From NCBI GenBank assembly GCA_000165425.1, contig CT868640.1, positions 67,142 to 131,141 of the forward strand: a DNA stretch of 64,000 nt, written 5' to 3'. The notes below the pieces were generated by a model. The model did not search any database. It saw only the letters and a list, made by a program, of their open reading frames with translations, and was not told the DNA's origin. The position numbers were made by a program, and so were the translations under genes. The stretch comes from Paramecium tetraurelia (Eukaryota). Below, one piece after another: positions 39,512 to 53,600 of the stretch (position 1 is its first letter; every line of letters begins with the position of its first letter).

Positions 39512-41068
39512 ATGTTTTATCAATACTTTCTAATTAAGAATAATCCTTCCCTTTCTCGTCTGAGTGTATTAAAAACCACAGAACGGACTTGTGATGTTCT
39601 ATAAACCACTGCTCATACAAATAAATCTAGCAAGTATATTCATGAAAAATTTAACACTGAACACTCAACTAATGAAGGCTATTTAATCAAAAAATCCAAT
39701 CCCTTTTCAAAACAAAAAAAATCCAAAATCAACATTCTCATTAACAACATCAAAAATACATACAAATCCGAGATCGAAAAGATTAAAGAAGAATCCAGAA
39801 TCCGACAAACCAATCCATAGATTCATATGTACTGTGTTTCAATCTATATTTAAAGTTAGGACATGCTACTTCGCAATAGAGATGACATAGCCGTATTAAT
39901 TGATAGATTACGAAGGATTCTTCTGAATAAATCTAAACGATCCTTTTGCATTGAGATTATTCAGGAAATCAATAATCAAATCTCCAAAATTCGCAATCTT
40001 GGTATTTTTACACACTCTATTCAATAGATATCAAGATCTTAGTTAGTTTAGCTCTCTCTAAAATTGCCAAATATTACAATCTTTTGCATTACTCCATTCT
40101 GCTTGCCAAAAATGCCAAAAGATTCTCAGACTCAGAACCTATGCTCAAGTATAAAATTAAGGCCTATGAAATCTTGTCCTTGTGTTTCCTTAAATTGAGA
40201 CTCAAACAAGCAAAGACCTATATAACCAAATATTTAATGTGTAGTTGGAAATTAGATAAACCAAACGAAGAACTTAAAGGATATGATCAAATGGGAAAAT
40301 ACTATTATTATGAAGGCAATATCGAAATGGCTTAATTCTTCCATAATAAAATGATCAACGGAGATACCTTGGTAATATTGTTAAATCTATATTAGAAACC
40401 CAACTCATCATTAAAGAGATTGGCAGTGGCTAAATTTGAATAAGGTTCAGTTGGAAAAAGCAAGAAAGAGAAACAGTCTGTCAGTACTGAAGAAGCAGAT
40501 TTTAATATATCTTCAGATGATGAACCATTTGAAGTAATCTTTGCTTAAGATCATGATGAGGGATTGTAAAAAGCAAAGCACAATTTTGAACTTATGAGAA
40601 ATGACCAAAAGAAAAAACCCTCGCTTCTCCATTATTAAATAAGAAAACAACCATAGTTTGATAAGACCAACTTAAAGCGAGCCTTACAAGAATCAAAAAA
40701 CGCTAATTCATTTATAAGGTACAAATACTATTTATTATAGGATTCCAAAAACTTAGCAAACTCAGTCATTATTGACTGAAAGAGGTACTTTGGACCTTAC
40801 TAAAATTAAAGGACTCTCTCATGCACATATTCAACTTGGAGAACTCAAGAATCCTGTTTTGCTAAATCATCTTAGTCCAAATAGATGCTTAGTCAATTAT
40901 TAGCACATTGAATTGAATAAAGCCCCTCAATCATATAAGAATGCGGAGGATATTGAACCTTTGTTCGATATTGGTGATATATAAAAGATGTCGAAGAATC
41001 TTAACAAGTTGATTGCAATATTGACAGGAGTTGAGGAATGGCTCCAAACATAAAGTGAATTATACTGA
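39512..41068 (+). CDS. TPR-like helical repeat protein
   Basis: KAYEILSLCFLKL..KYLMCSWKLDKPNEELKGYDQMGKYYYYEGNIEMAQFFHNKM, C-terminal LNHLSPNR. Four tiny introns; TGA 41066-41068. Confidence 0.72.
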
Positions 41069-41188
41069 TGAAATCATATACTTATACTTTAAATTGATTA
41101 TTTTGATACATAATAAGGGACGAATCCAAATATATAAGAACTTATGCCGATACATTAAAAATGCCCATAAACAGAAATATTATATATT

Positions 41189-43784
41189 ATGTTTATTTAT
41201 TATTTATTAACAATAACTCTTGCAGCATTGCCAAATGCGAACTTATCTATTGGTCCATTACTGCAGTCATACGCAGATGATGAAGATTTAGATCAAATCG
41301 TTTATGTTCATGAAAAAGTACTTTAGAATTTTGATTATGCATCATTCCCATCCTTATCTTGTTGTCCAAATAACGTTACGAAATTCCGAGTGATGAATCT
41401 AAACAAACAAGGATCAAATATATAACGATTTAATCTCCCCTTTTACATTGAGAATCTTGGAGAGGAACCTTTATCAATTGAGTGGCTAAATATCACAGAG
41501 GAACTTTCAGATTAGGATATCTAAGTCCAAGTCAATTATCAAAAAGACTTTCAAATTGCCTAAGGCTTTAATAATTATCTAGGATTGAACATAACACATT
41601 TATGTTGGAAAGCCCTAAACAATGACAGATATTGGAGCATAAAACGAGTTACCCTGTAATTTGAAGGGTTTGATCCCGTGGTCTTTAATTACCAATTTAT
41701 ATGCGGCAAAGATTATTATCCTGTAAGGTACTTAGTTTATTTAGTTAGATTTGATTGGAGCAACATTATCCTGATTATATTTGAAAGTTTGATGATTTTA
41801 GTTCTTTCAATGTTCGGAAGGATTTATGCATTCAAGGTTGTTTTCATAACGAAACAGTTGAAACATGAATTACCTCAGGAGAAATTAGACAAGATCGCTT
41901 AAGAGAGTTCTCCATTTCAAGGGTTTCTGTTGGGATGGTCATAGGCATTATTCTATATGAGTCTTTTAATTGGAGCTTTGTTTATCTCATTATATTTGTA
42001 AGAGAAGGCTGAGAAACCAATATAAATCATAGTGTATATCCTATGTGTAATCTGTGCAATCCACTTTATTGATGAGTTGTTTTGTGCCTTTAGAAAAAGA
42101 GTTCCATTTTTTGTTCAGACCATTTACTATTTTAGATACTGTGATATTTTTGCATTAATTATCGGGGTTGCTTTATTTGCAGTATACTTGGCAACGGAAT
42201 AAATTTGGATTGTAAATAAATTATGTAATGTAGTTAAGTAATTTAATTTCAATTTGTATTCTTGGCTCACTTATCAAATTATTCAAGATCACCTCTCTCA
42301 AAGATTGCTTATTGTTTTTCCTGCCTATAATGGCGATGGATTTATTTTGTTCTATCTATATGGCAATGACCATTAGATATGAATGGGATAGTTTGATTCT
42401 AAGATATTTCAACACTCCCTTATCTGCATAAATTCCATACTTTAGATATATATACAAAAAGAAATGCGCATGGGTTTCGATATTCAATATCCTATTTCCA
42501 GGTTAAAATCTCATCGATATTAGGTTTCTTCCTCGCATATGTGCATAGATTTGATAGATTAAAAAAAACCTTTGTATATGAAATAGTCAGTTTTTTAGGA
42601 TTATTGATAGGCTTAGTTCTTTGGGTTATTGTGTAGTATCTGATATCATTTCCTCTGCCTACGTAAATTAATTAGATATAATTAATAGATCAATATTTAC
42701 AGAAGTTTTAATGATTTCGGCTTGCACTTTAATTGCATTTAAAAGAAATGAATTGAATCTTTTTTGGAGTGGTAATTTTTATGATGAGATCCTACTTGAT
42801 CCATTTAAAAATGAGATGGATAAAAAGTCAGTCAAATTGATAAGCTTTTTTAATATTGGAGTGTCTTAGGACTTGAAAAAGAAGTATGCACTTAATTCTG
42901 GAGCAGAATAACCAGCAGCTGTATACGAACCTTTTGAATTAGTAAAGGAAAATTAGGAAGGCGAGTTGAAATTAGACTCAATTCTATTTGAAGGATTATA
43001 TTCATTTTAGGAGGTATATACAACACAAAATTAAACCTATGGAAATAATTAGTATAAAATAAATTAATAAGAAAACACTTTGGTAGAGAATCAAAAATAA
43101 TAATAAGAAATTTAAACTGATCTTAAAGAAAAGAAGGATACTGCTTTAGTTGACTCAATATTGTAGAATAGTCAAGAGAATCAACCTCTTATCAATAGAG
43201 ATAAGAATGATGATAAGGTAGAGAATCCATAGTAGGATCAATAGAAAAATATTGATCTCAATCAAAAAGGTCAAAATGAGGATGTATCTAAAATTAATAT
43301 TGAATCTAAAACGTCTCCTGATGTTATAAAGCAGAAATCTTTGGGAAAAGCAACGATTGCCTATATTGAGAGTAAAAAGCTTGAGGAAGCAATTTTAGAA
43401 TCTCCAATCATTTATTCTAAGAATAATGAAAAATAATCTTAGAATAATGAACCAAACAAGAAATAACAAAAGGCGGACATTTAAATTGAAATTAATGAAT
43501 AATAAAAGGTCGCTTAGGGAAATCAAAATAAATAGAGTAATCAATAAGATAGAGTGGATAAAGTTGAGCAAAAATAAAATCAAGAATAATAAAATAATAA
43601 AGTTTTCACTTCACCTGCTCGATAAAAGTATTAGGTTGATCCTCCAAAAGCTAAAGAACCTTAAGTTGATCGCTTTAAATAAAAGTAATAACTAAGGCAA
43701 TAGAATGAGGGTTTTAAAAAAAACTTAGAGTTCTTCCAAAATCAAGAAAAAGTTGGAAATTTTAAGGCTCCTGTTAAAAAATGA
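41189..43784 (+). CDS. Signal-peptide-peptidase-like (A22B/SPPL) multipass protein, predicted catalytically inactive
   Basis: Signal peptide, luminal domain with N-glycosylation sequons, then a TM bundle: WI/LSNLISICILGSLIKLFKITSLKDCLLF..MAMDLF, PLSAQIP, VSIFNILFPG/FFLAYVHRFD, LPT/SIF, KRNELNLFWSG. Long Q/N/E-rich tail; TGA 43782-43784. Confidence 0.8.
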
Positions 43785-43838
43785 GCATATTTTGTTATAT
43801 TAAAATAAACAGACTTTTTATTCTAAATATCAAAAATT

Positions 43839-45649
43839 ATGTACAGAACAACATAAAACTATTCATATGCAGGTATTAAATTGAAAATCAAATTAGACTT
43901 GCTATCTAAATAAGGCATCTCAGACAATGGCAGATCAATAATTACAATCGATAAAGAAAACTCATATGCTCTCTTGCAAAAAAAGAAATAACTTTAGAAT
44001 AGAGAAGGCAGCAGTTCAAGTCAATAAAAAAATGAAAATCGTTCAAATAGCGGATTATAGAAATCAGCATCGCTTTAACAATTCTATCGAGCTCAATCTG
44101 CTGTTGAGAAGAATTCATACTAAAATCAAAAAGGAAATCAATAACAAATAAAAGAAATGAAGAATATTTCATATCTATATTTGCTCTAATAAGGTGGATA
44201 TAAATTACGTCACAATTAGACAAAATCAACAAAGGAATAAAATAGCAAAGGAAGTGAATTTTTATTAAATGATTATAAAAAACAGAAACCAGTTGAAAAT
44301 TAGGCTTACAAGAGATTGAATGAGAAATTGGAATATTTAGAAAAAAAGTTTAATTAATTAAAGGATTCGTTTGTGAATAAAAGTGAAAATTAATACGACA
44401 AAAAATCGGATAGAATGCAATAAAAGCAGTATTCATTAATATCGAAATACTTTCCTAAGAAGTTTATGGAACAAAAGAATACCACTTAAGAATAAAGGAA
44501 AGTGACCAAAGATATTAAATCAATATTCAATATTTATTCATAAATTAAGGAATTTAAAAGTCACTCTTCCAATTCCTAATTATTGAAATAAACTTAAGAA
44601 AAAAAGAGTGCATAACTGCAAGACTTTGTAACATAAATAAAGAGAGACTTTAATAATAAGAATTCTTAACTATTGAAAGGTTCTTATGTTCATCAATCAA
44701 ACACTAATTTAAATAAATCAGAACGATAATAATCAATGGATGCCAAGTATTCTTACTTCAATAAACTTATTGAAACACAACCAAATGAACCAGTAAATAA
44801 TTTTAGTTTATCTAGTTCTTGTATTATATTTCAACTGTACTTTCAGCTATAAAAAATAAGAGGCCTACATAACTTGATGAACTCATTAAAGATCATTTTT
44901 CATAAACATATCAAGTGAATTTAGTTTTGATTAATTTAGGGATTAATCTATGCAAGCAGATTAACAATTCAATTTGATCCAGAGAAGGTCATCAACTTGC
45001 CAAGATCCAATAATCTAAAAACAATCGTTTTTGATTTGGATGAGACATTAATCCATTGCAATCCAAATGTTTCCATACCAGGAGACATCATATTACCAAT
45101 CACATTCCCTAATGATGAAACTGTTTAAGCTTCTATCAATATTCGGCCATATGCTAAATAAATTCTACAAACGCTTTCAAAGCATTTTGAAATCATAGTT
45201 TTTACAGCTTCACATTCGAGCTATGCTAATATCGTGATTGATTATTTGGATCCAAAGAGACAGTGGATTTCGCACAGGTTATTTAGGGAAAATTGTCTAT
45301 AAACAACGGAAGGAGCTTACATCAAAGATCTAAGGTAAAGCTTATTTATTTTTAGAGTTTTAGGAAATCGAAAACTATCGAATGTGTTGTTAGTAGACAA
45401 TGCTTCATATTCGTTTAGTAAATAAATCGAGAATGGAGTTCCAATTATTGCTTATTATGATAATAAAGAGGACTAGGTACTTTATTGGTTGATTTATAGG
45501 AATTATTACATTTGGAAAATTATTTATTAAATTTCAGACATGTGAAAGATGTTAGAGATTTAAATTAAAAATAATTAAAATTAAAATAGTTCTTAGATTA
45601 TTCAGATTTTGATGATTTGTATAATAATTTACATGGTATGTACTTTTGA
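43839..45649 (+). CDS. CTD small phosphatase-like (NIF/FCP1-SCP HAD family) protein
   Basis: KTIVFDLDETLIHC, NIRPYA, FEIIVFTASHSSYANIVIDYLDP, RLFRENC, YIKDLR, LLVDN..NGVPI. Tiny introns; TGA 45647-45649. Confidence 0.92.
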
Positions 45650-45734
45650 TTAGACAATTTATTTGTTCTCACAATATTTTGATAATATATGGTTATACTC
45701 CAATTAATGAAAAAATAAACAAATATGATGGTAA

Positions 45735-46403
45735 TCAACAAAACTTTTGAATTAGCTGTTCTATGGCTTGTTATGTTTGTTATATTTTTATTTATTATTC
45801 TTTTATTAACTAAAATTAATCATATTAAGGGACCAAAGTCTTATCAATTTTATGCTTATTAATCTCTGAAAAAAACTTCGATCTTATTGAAATTATTTAT
45901 GCCATAAGGTCTTACTAATCCCCATTTTTGAATTAATCACACAAATTCTATAATGAAGTATCATATTTTTGACAAATTTAGTGAGCTTCAATAACACTTT
46001 GAACTAGATTTAATTAATTAATAATCAAAGCACTATAAGGGTTATCCTTTTGAGTATTTTTTATGAACATCTCAGAAATGTGATTTACTGAGTCTACATT
46101 AAGGCTCCTAAAACTGTTTTGTAGGATGCTTCGTAATTGCGTTGATATCTCAGTATAATCCAATTTAATAAAGACAGATTCTGTTGAAAATCTCTTTAAA
46201 TCATTTTTTGTATAATCTTGGGTTGCTTACTCATCAAAAATGATTTAGTTGGTACTCTATTCCGATGATGTCTGCTCATCAGGCTGGAACGTAGGAAAGA
46301 GACGGAAGAGAGAATGTTGAGAATTTCTTGGTTGAGCATTATCTAGAATATGTTCTAGTCTCTTTATTATTTGTGCTAATTGATCAAGTTTATATTATTT
46401 CAT
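45735..46403 (-). CDS. Hypothetical protein (222 aa)
   Basis: 669-nt intronless ORF, MKQYKLDQLAQIIKRLE...AIEQLIQKFC-TGA. Confidence 0.65.
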
Positions 46404-46976
46404 AAAATTAGTTAACGAACACAGAAAATTTAAAAACGATGAATGAATCAAAGAGTAGTAAATTCCTAAAAAGTTCCAGATGACCTCCTAATCTTTTAAT
46501 GTTACCATGATCCAAGTTTAGAATTAGTTTATTAATAATTTTCATAGCAGTCGGCAAATAGAAAAAACTTATATATCACTTTTGCAACACTATTCCTTTT
46601 GTTATATGAATTGCTTCTTTTACTAAATTATTGATATAGATTTATATTGCATACAATAATCAAAGGGATTTCCTATCCTATTGATATTAAAATTGGATCA
46701 AGCTTGAAAACCGCAATTGTCTAAGAAAATAATGATATTGGAGAAATATTTAGATCCCATACTTAAAAGGCGAGTTTAAATTAAAAGACAATAAAATAGA
46801 CTATTCATAACACTAACAAAAATGATTATCCAAATTATAAGGAAAATCTTAAGAGCAAGTCTTGATGTTTATTATTCTTGATTTAATTATAATAGAGATT
46901 TATGTAACATAAAATTAAATAAGAAAGCCTCCTTATATAATTATAGACAAGTATTTTGTAATTACAATGATGAATT

Positions 46977-48801
46977 TCATGATTTAATATTTTACAATTT
47001 TTGAATTGGCAAGGATTACTTTATTTGTTGTATTAGATTTTTAGGTTATGCAGAATGAATTTAGGTAGCTAGTTTAGTCCATTCTTTTTTGAGATTGTTT
47101 CTCCAATCAGGATTTTCCATAGAAATCTCATTTTTATCTAAGTAAACAGTTGCCAATTCACCATCATTCTCGTTGGCATAACTTGAATTAATTATATTGT
47201 TCTGATTATAGGTTAAAGATTAATTGACTCTTCCTAAGTGAGTCTCTATATCCATTAAAGATTCTAAGCATGATTATGATAAATAGATTACCCTAATACA
47301 AAGGAACATAGGAAGTGATGGTCTAATCTAATAAAGTCTTCTTCCTTTAAGCCTAATCTACTCTGGCATGACTTACACGGGCAGAATTGAAGCCAAATTC
47401 ATTGTAATCCTCTTATGATATAGCTTTCTATGAAATTAGAATAAAATTAATACTTCCTTTTCTGATTAAACCAATATTTACAATTGAGCAAATTAATCCT
47501 TATGCTCTACAAAAAATGTTTTGTAGTACATAAAGCTTTTTTATATTTTCTCCCATTTTTGATTGAGATTTAGATTGGATTTGACCAAAATATCATTATT
47601 TGCCTCTACTTGTTTTATGTACCTTTTTAAAGATTCATTTTCTATTTCATAATGTTTGCATAAAATCATTTCTCTTTGTAGATTCTTCTTGGTTTCCTCT
47701 AGTTCCTGTTCAAGTTTACGAACTCTATGCTATAATTAATCCTCAGTTAATTTGATTTATTGGGTTGATCTTTTGGCGTTGATTTATTGAATTTGAAAGG
47801 CTTTGGCTAGATTCAACTTAGGCACTCGAGAAATATTCTTTTTGGGGTCTTCTTGTTTTGCGCATTATTGATATGAATCATTAATGGCTACATCAAAGGT
47901 TTAATTCAAATTTTAATAGTTTTTTTTTTAAACTTGAGGTGCTTTGACAGGGAAAGGAGAGAGCACTGGAGAATGCATCATATCTGTATTCATAGGAGAT
48001 TAGATCGAATTTATTCTAGCTGGCAAATCTACAGTGGGTAATCGAGACTCTAAAATAAGTTACTCGAATATTCTATTTACATTAAATTTAAGTTAAGATT
48101 TCTAAAAATTCATGTTAAGCCTTTTCGTAATCCTCATCCTAATCTATCACTTAATTTTTCATCTATAAATTGGTGATTACCTTGTTAATAAGGGTCACTA
48201 ATTTTAGTTGTATGCTCTTTAAATAATTAACTTATAATTATAATCTCACTATCAATTAATGCAAAGTTTCCATTTCTTCATGAAGTAAAATAGTGGCTGA
48301 ATTGGGGTTTATAACATCCCTATATCTTATCATGACTCCAGTGGTATCATCAACTTAATCTGCCTTCTTTTCAAATTAACCTAATTTTTAGGCTTATTAA
48401 CTGATTGTATGTTTGAGTTCATAAATAGTAGACTCGAGTTCAGCAATGAGTTTCTTCTCACTCTTTTCGGCAGCATAGGTAATCTCCTCTGAAATAAGGG
48501 CTTTGCCTTAAGCAAAATCTCTCTCCTTTTGCACCTTTTCGAGGGATGACATCAAATGACCGATTTCCTTTTGTTGTTCTTCAAGGACTAATTTAAGTGC
48601 CTTGACTGTGTTTTCATTCTCTCGAACACCCGCTTTTTAATTTGGTATAGGAATAGTATCATCTTGATCAATCATAGAACGCATTGACTACTTATTCAAT
48701 TTAATGACAGTCTGTAGATCCTCTATAAAGTTTCTCAACTATTGGTTCTCCTGATGCAAGAATTGAATTTTGGCTTTCAATGAATGCGGACTTTCACTCA
48801 T
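46977..48801 (-). CDS. Coiled-coil hypothetical protein (about 579 aa)
   Basis: MSESPHSLKAKIQFLHQENQQLRNFIEDLQ... The frame closes exactly with three introns of 31, 26 and 28 nt. Confidence 0.78.
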
Positions 48802-48817
48802 AAAATAATTTATATAA

Positions 48818-50604
48818 TCAAATATCATCCTTATCTTTATCGTATTTTATTGTGATCACTCCCTTCTCTACACCAAAATAAGACCATTGTCTCTCATAAA
48901 TATCGGGAATCTAATTAATCATCCTATTTATTATACTTTGAATGTAAGTGTGAATTCCCCATATTTTCTTTCGCTCTTCTCCAATTGCCCTTGATTGATG
49001 TACGGTCTCTACTTGTTTCCCTTGACCAAAGTGACAACATTCTGTCTCTGGATATCGACATCGTCATTAGTCAATCCCGGGGCATCCATCAAAATGATGT
49101 ACTGATCCCCAGCGATGATGTCTGTTGCAGGTTAAAAGGAATCCTATTGTCCCGTAATTAAACCACTCATGTCAACCTATCCTTAAGGAATTTGTATTTT
49201 ATCATGGAATTCATTTTCTGTTTTGATGACCTTGATCAGAGGGTCATCAGTGTCCTGCAAATCAATTTTGATGTTCTTCCTAAAAAAATTAACTAGTTTT
49301 TATCTTGATTAAATTAACAAACAATCCAAAACGGAAAAACTTCGATTGACCGGAATGAAAACGGCTTTTAACCAATACCTAAGAAGTGAAAATACCCAAG
49401 GATTGAGTCCCTTTCCTAGATTGCAATCATCATTCACAATACACACGTGTCTAGTGTAAGGAGTCTTGAACCAAAGTACATGTTTCTCCTATAGTTATTT
49501 ATTGATAGGATTGAGTGCAGCTACTTTGGTTTTTTAAAGAGTTCCATTAGCATATATCTAAGTAACTTAAGTACTCCAAACATGTTCTAAAATTTCAGGA
49601 GATTCAACATCTTTTAGATTGTGTATTACTATAATCTCTCGAAATGTCTTATTTGGACTTTGCTATAGATTCCGACTTAGTCTGTCGAGATATCTTTGAT
49701 CAAGACTTGTGAAATCGTTGACTACGCATAAAAAGTAATCTGCTAAATCAAATACCAAATCAGATATGAATGTTTCTGTGGCTTCCTTGTCTACAATGGA
49801 TAATTCATTCTCGATTTTGACAGGACTGTATGTTCCAGCGGTGTCCACTAAAATCAATTTAGTACCATTGTCAACATTGACATGCTTAAATGAAATGCCT
49901 CTGGTAGTAACCTTCTTTCCAGAGGGCAAATTACTCATGGTGAGACTGTTCAAAACAAAGGTCTTTCCTTTGTCATAGAGTCCAGTTACTGCCACTGTTG
50001 CTCCTTCCAAGGCTTTGATATTGATTATTTCTTAGTTGATCATCTTTGGGGATAGCCACACTTTCCAACCTGAATTGTTGATGGAAGTGATAAAGTCAAT
50101 GTCGACTACCCAATCGTAGATGCTGGTTTCATCTATGATTTGAGTGTTTTGTTTCTTGAAATCGGTTGGATTGCTTTTAAAGATACCGCATTGTCTTTGG
50201 CGTTTAACTTCACTTTGTCTTTGAAACTGATTGACTTCATGTTGGAGTTCACGTATTTCTTTGAGCAATTGAGAGATTTGCCTGATTTATTTGGAATCAT
50301 TTTGCAGGATGGCTTCCATCAATTTGTTGCTTTCCTTTTCTCTAAGATTATACTCCATCAAGACTGCTTCGAACATGTCTTTAATCCGCATAACATCAGT
50401 GGCTTTATTTGTTTCTCGAATGAAATCAGCGAAAACTTGATTAATTTCTTATTTCAATCCTTTGATGGCAAAGATCAATGGTGCAATGCGTGAATGGATC
50501 TTCGGATTGATGTCATCATGAACTTATTAAAACTCTTATTCAAAGTTGTCTAAGACCTTGGTGTCGAAAAGAGTATCATTCATGGATTTTTATTATTAAG
50601 ACAT
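48818..50604 (-). CDS. Coiled-coil + TRAFAC-type P-loop GTPase + C-terminal HSP20/alpha-crystallin domain fusion (586 aa)
   Basis: G1 GLYDKGKT, G2 TTRGI, G3 DTAG, G4-like IHNLKD. C-terminal FQPATDII..YIILMDAPGLTNDDVDI..VKGNK..SERKYGEFTLTFKIP..EKGVITIKY. One 26-nt intron at 48911-48936. Confidence 0.85.
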
Positions 50605-50627
50605 ATTTTAATTTCAATTTTTAATTT

Positions 50628-53600
50628 TCAAATATTATCCTCTTCATCAGACATTCGTTATGAAATGTCCCCTCTCAATTTCATCTACCCGAAGAAAGAA
50701 CGCTAGGAGTTGTCACTTGGGAAATCTATCTTCTGCGTTTCCAATACTATTTTCATAGGGAATCCGTTATTCGTTTCCTAAGGATCAATGTAAAAGTTGT
50801 GTGTCGAGAGTGAAACAGATTCTTAATGGGAGGCCTATTGTTATTGGGACTACTTCAGATCAGTCCTAAGAGCAACTCTGCGATTATAAACATTCCCATC
50901 ACGATTTTGCTCCTTAATCCGATAAGATGATTATGCAAATGGGAACACTCTTTTATTGATCTGACTCTTCCTGCGATGACGATGATTGCTGTCTGCAATT
51001 CTTGTTGTCAAATAGGCATTCTCATTTATTTCCAACTACCTAAGATTGTTTTGCTTCTGCATTTCCTTGATTCTCTTCTTCACCTTTCTTCTCTCTATTG
51101 CTCCTCTCAATATGTTCCTTATCGAACTATACGCAAAGATGTCCACTGCGAAATGAAGGAACTTCTGATCCCCCAAATCAGGGAACTTAGCCTCCCATGA
51201 TTTCCGTATGTTTCTCAATACTACTTTGTCCTCAATCTATTCAATCCCATGCAAAGCATTCTTCTTTTTCACTGCATTATAAGCTATCTACAAACTAACA
51301 TCCTTAATGTGGATCATCTCATTCTAATATATTAACACTTAGAAATCACTGAGTTTCTTGAAGATATCAATTTTCTTAAGGTGCATCTTGGTCCTAGGAT
51401 TGTAGATGTATGCCGACTGTTTCTTATGATCTATCAAGTATAACCAACTCATTACTTTAATTGAAATCAAACAACTACAAACAAGCATTCTCATCCTTAA
51501 ATCCAAGAGGAGGATTCATCTCAAACATCAAAAATGCAAAATCCTCAGGAGTTATCCATCCAGTTCCTTTGGGATCATAATCAGACCATTTTAAAAAGAA
51601 ATCCTCTATCTAATAAGGATTAATGACTGCAGTATTCTCAAGCAAACATTCCTGATATGATTCTATAATCATGGCTAAAAACAATGAGATCATTATTATC
51701 CTGATCAATACTAAAAAACTAATAAAGTAAAAGTATCCAAAGAAGGTACTGCATCCCTAAACTCCCTCTTTCAATATGTCTTCTGGAGTCTAAGAATGAC
51801 AACCAGCCTTATTGATGGTGTAATCTGACATATAGAGTGGCCAGTATTATCCAGTTGTAACTTCTATTAAAATTAAGACAGCATCCCAGAAGTTCTGGAA
51901 ATTCTTATTCCTCTACCCGATTTCCTAATAAAAAGGGTATTGGGCATCTTGAGACGTTGATTTAACTACGGACAAAGTTTGAATCCCAATTAATGCATAT
52001 ACAATAATGATTATAATGATAAAAGCCACTACACTTAATAAGGTTGGTAGTATTTCCTATATGACATCAATGAGGACTTTGAGTTGACGATTTAACTTCA
52101 GTATCTTATACGTGTTTAGAACCCTCAAACAACGAATGATCAACGGAATCATGAACATCTTAGGCATCTCAATCTCGCTATTGAGTATCAGTAAGGCATC
52201 TGTAGAAATCAGAAGCAGGATGTCGAATTTATTCCATGAGTCCTTTAGGTAGTAATACCAAAAGGCTGAAAATTTGATAAATACTTCAATGTGAAAGAGG
52301 GTAATAAAAATGATATCCAGGACATAGAAGGCTGATTTGGTGGTTTAATTAATTGAGTTACCATTGGCAGAGCAACTAAAATATGATAGGATCTTACAAT
52401 ATTAAATTCAATAGGAGGAGAATAAGTATAATCAATTCAAAATACGAATAGGTTGCGATGGAGTAACAGATCTATCTGAATTGATTTTTGGGTTTCTCAA
52501 TCAATCTTATTAGATTCTTCTTTTGCATTATGTACATCATTTACAACCATTCCCTCTGATGTTCATTGAGCGACTTGTAATTACTGATGTTCTCTTTGAT
52601 TGTCCTGTAATTGTTGATGATCAACCCAGTGAAGAGATTCAATAGCATGATATTCAGGAGGAACAACAATATATAATATAAGATCTAATAGTTAGCAGAT
52701 GAGTCAACTTTGGGATGCATCCCCCTTTCAGTGATATCTGAAACGTAATACATTTGACTTGTCCACCCTTCTCCAATTATTATTCTAAACAAGCAGAGCA
52801 ATGAATCCTAAATAGTATCAAAATTAGTGATATTATTGATCCATTCTCCTTTCTAATCCAAACAATCTTGCTTTGTATAGATGTTATCATATGATTACAC
52901 ATTTGTACAAAAGTACAATTTGCCTTTCCAAATAGTCATACAAAAGATGCTCAAAATCCAAATGCAGATACCAGTCACGAATATCATGGAAGATAACAAG
53001 GATATGGTCTGAAACAATGATTTTGATATCAAATTCAATTCTTCACTTTGAGATCCTCTCTAGATATCAATTGTAAATAATTACTCTAGCAGATGAGAAC
53101 ACTCTTAGAGTACGCAATGCTCGAAATGCCTTCAAATATCCACTGTTATATAGATTTAGATCACTAATGGAACTTATAATTAATATAGCCAAATCGAAGT
53201 TGTTTTGATTGTTGTAAACGAATGCTCTATTAGGTTCAATTTGATTCCAAATAAATCCATGGGCTAATATTCTCAATACGATTTCAAAAATAAAAATGAT
53301 TGTGAAGATAAGATTAAATTTCTATATTAAGTCTTTTTATTCAAATATTGGCAGATCCATGCCTAATAGAATGATATTCAAAATTATTATTGAACTCATC
53401 AACCATTCAAAGTACTTACTCTATGTTAACTATTGTATTCTTTTTCTTAAGATGCTTTTGTTATTTAATACGAATAATGCTGAATTCATAAAATATTGCT
53501 TATATGATTAACTTGAACTGTAGGATATTCTGATCTCATCATTGCTTTTGACTATTGTCACTTATTGTATCGATGATTATTTTTATATATTATTGTTCTT

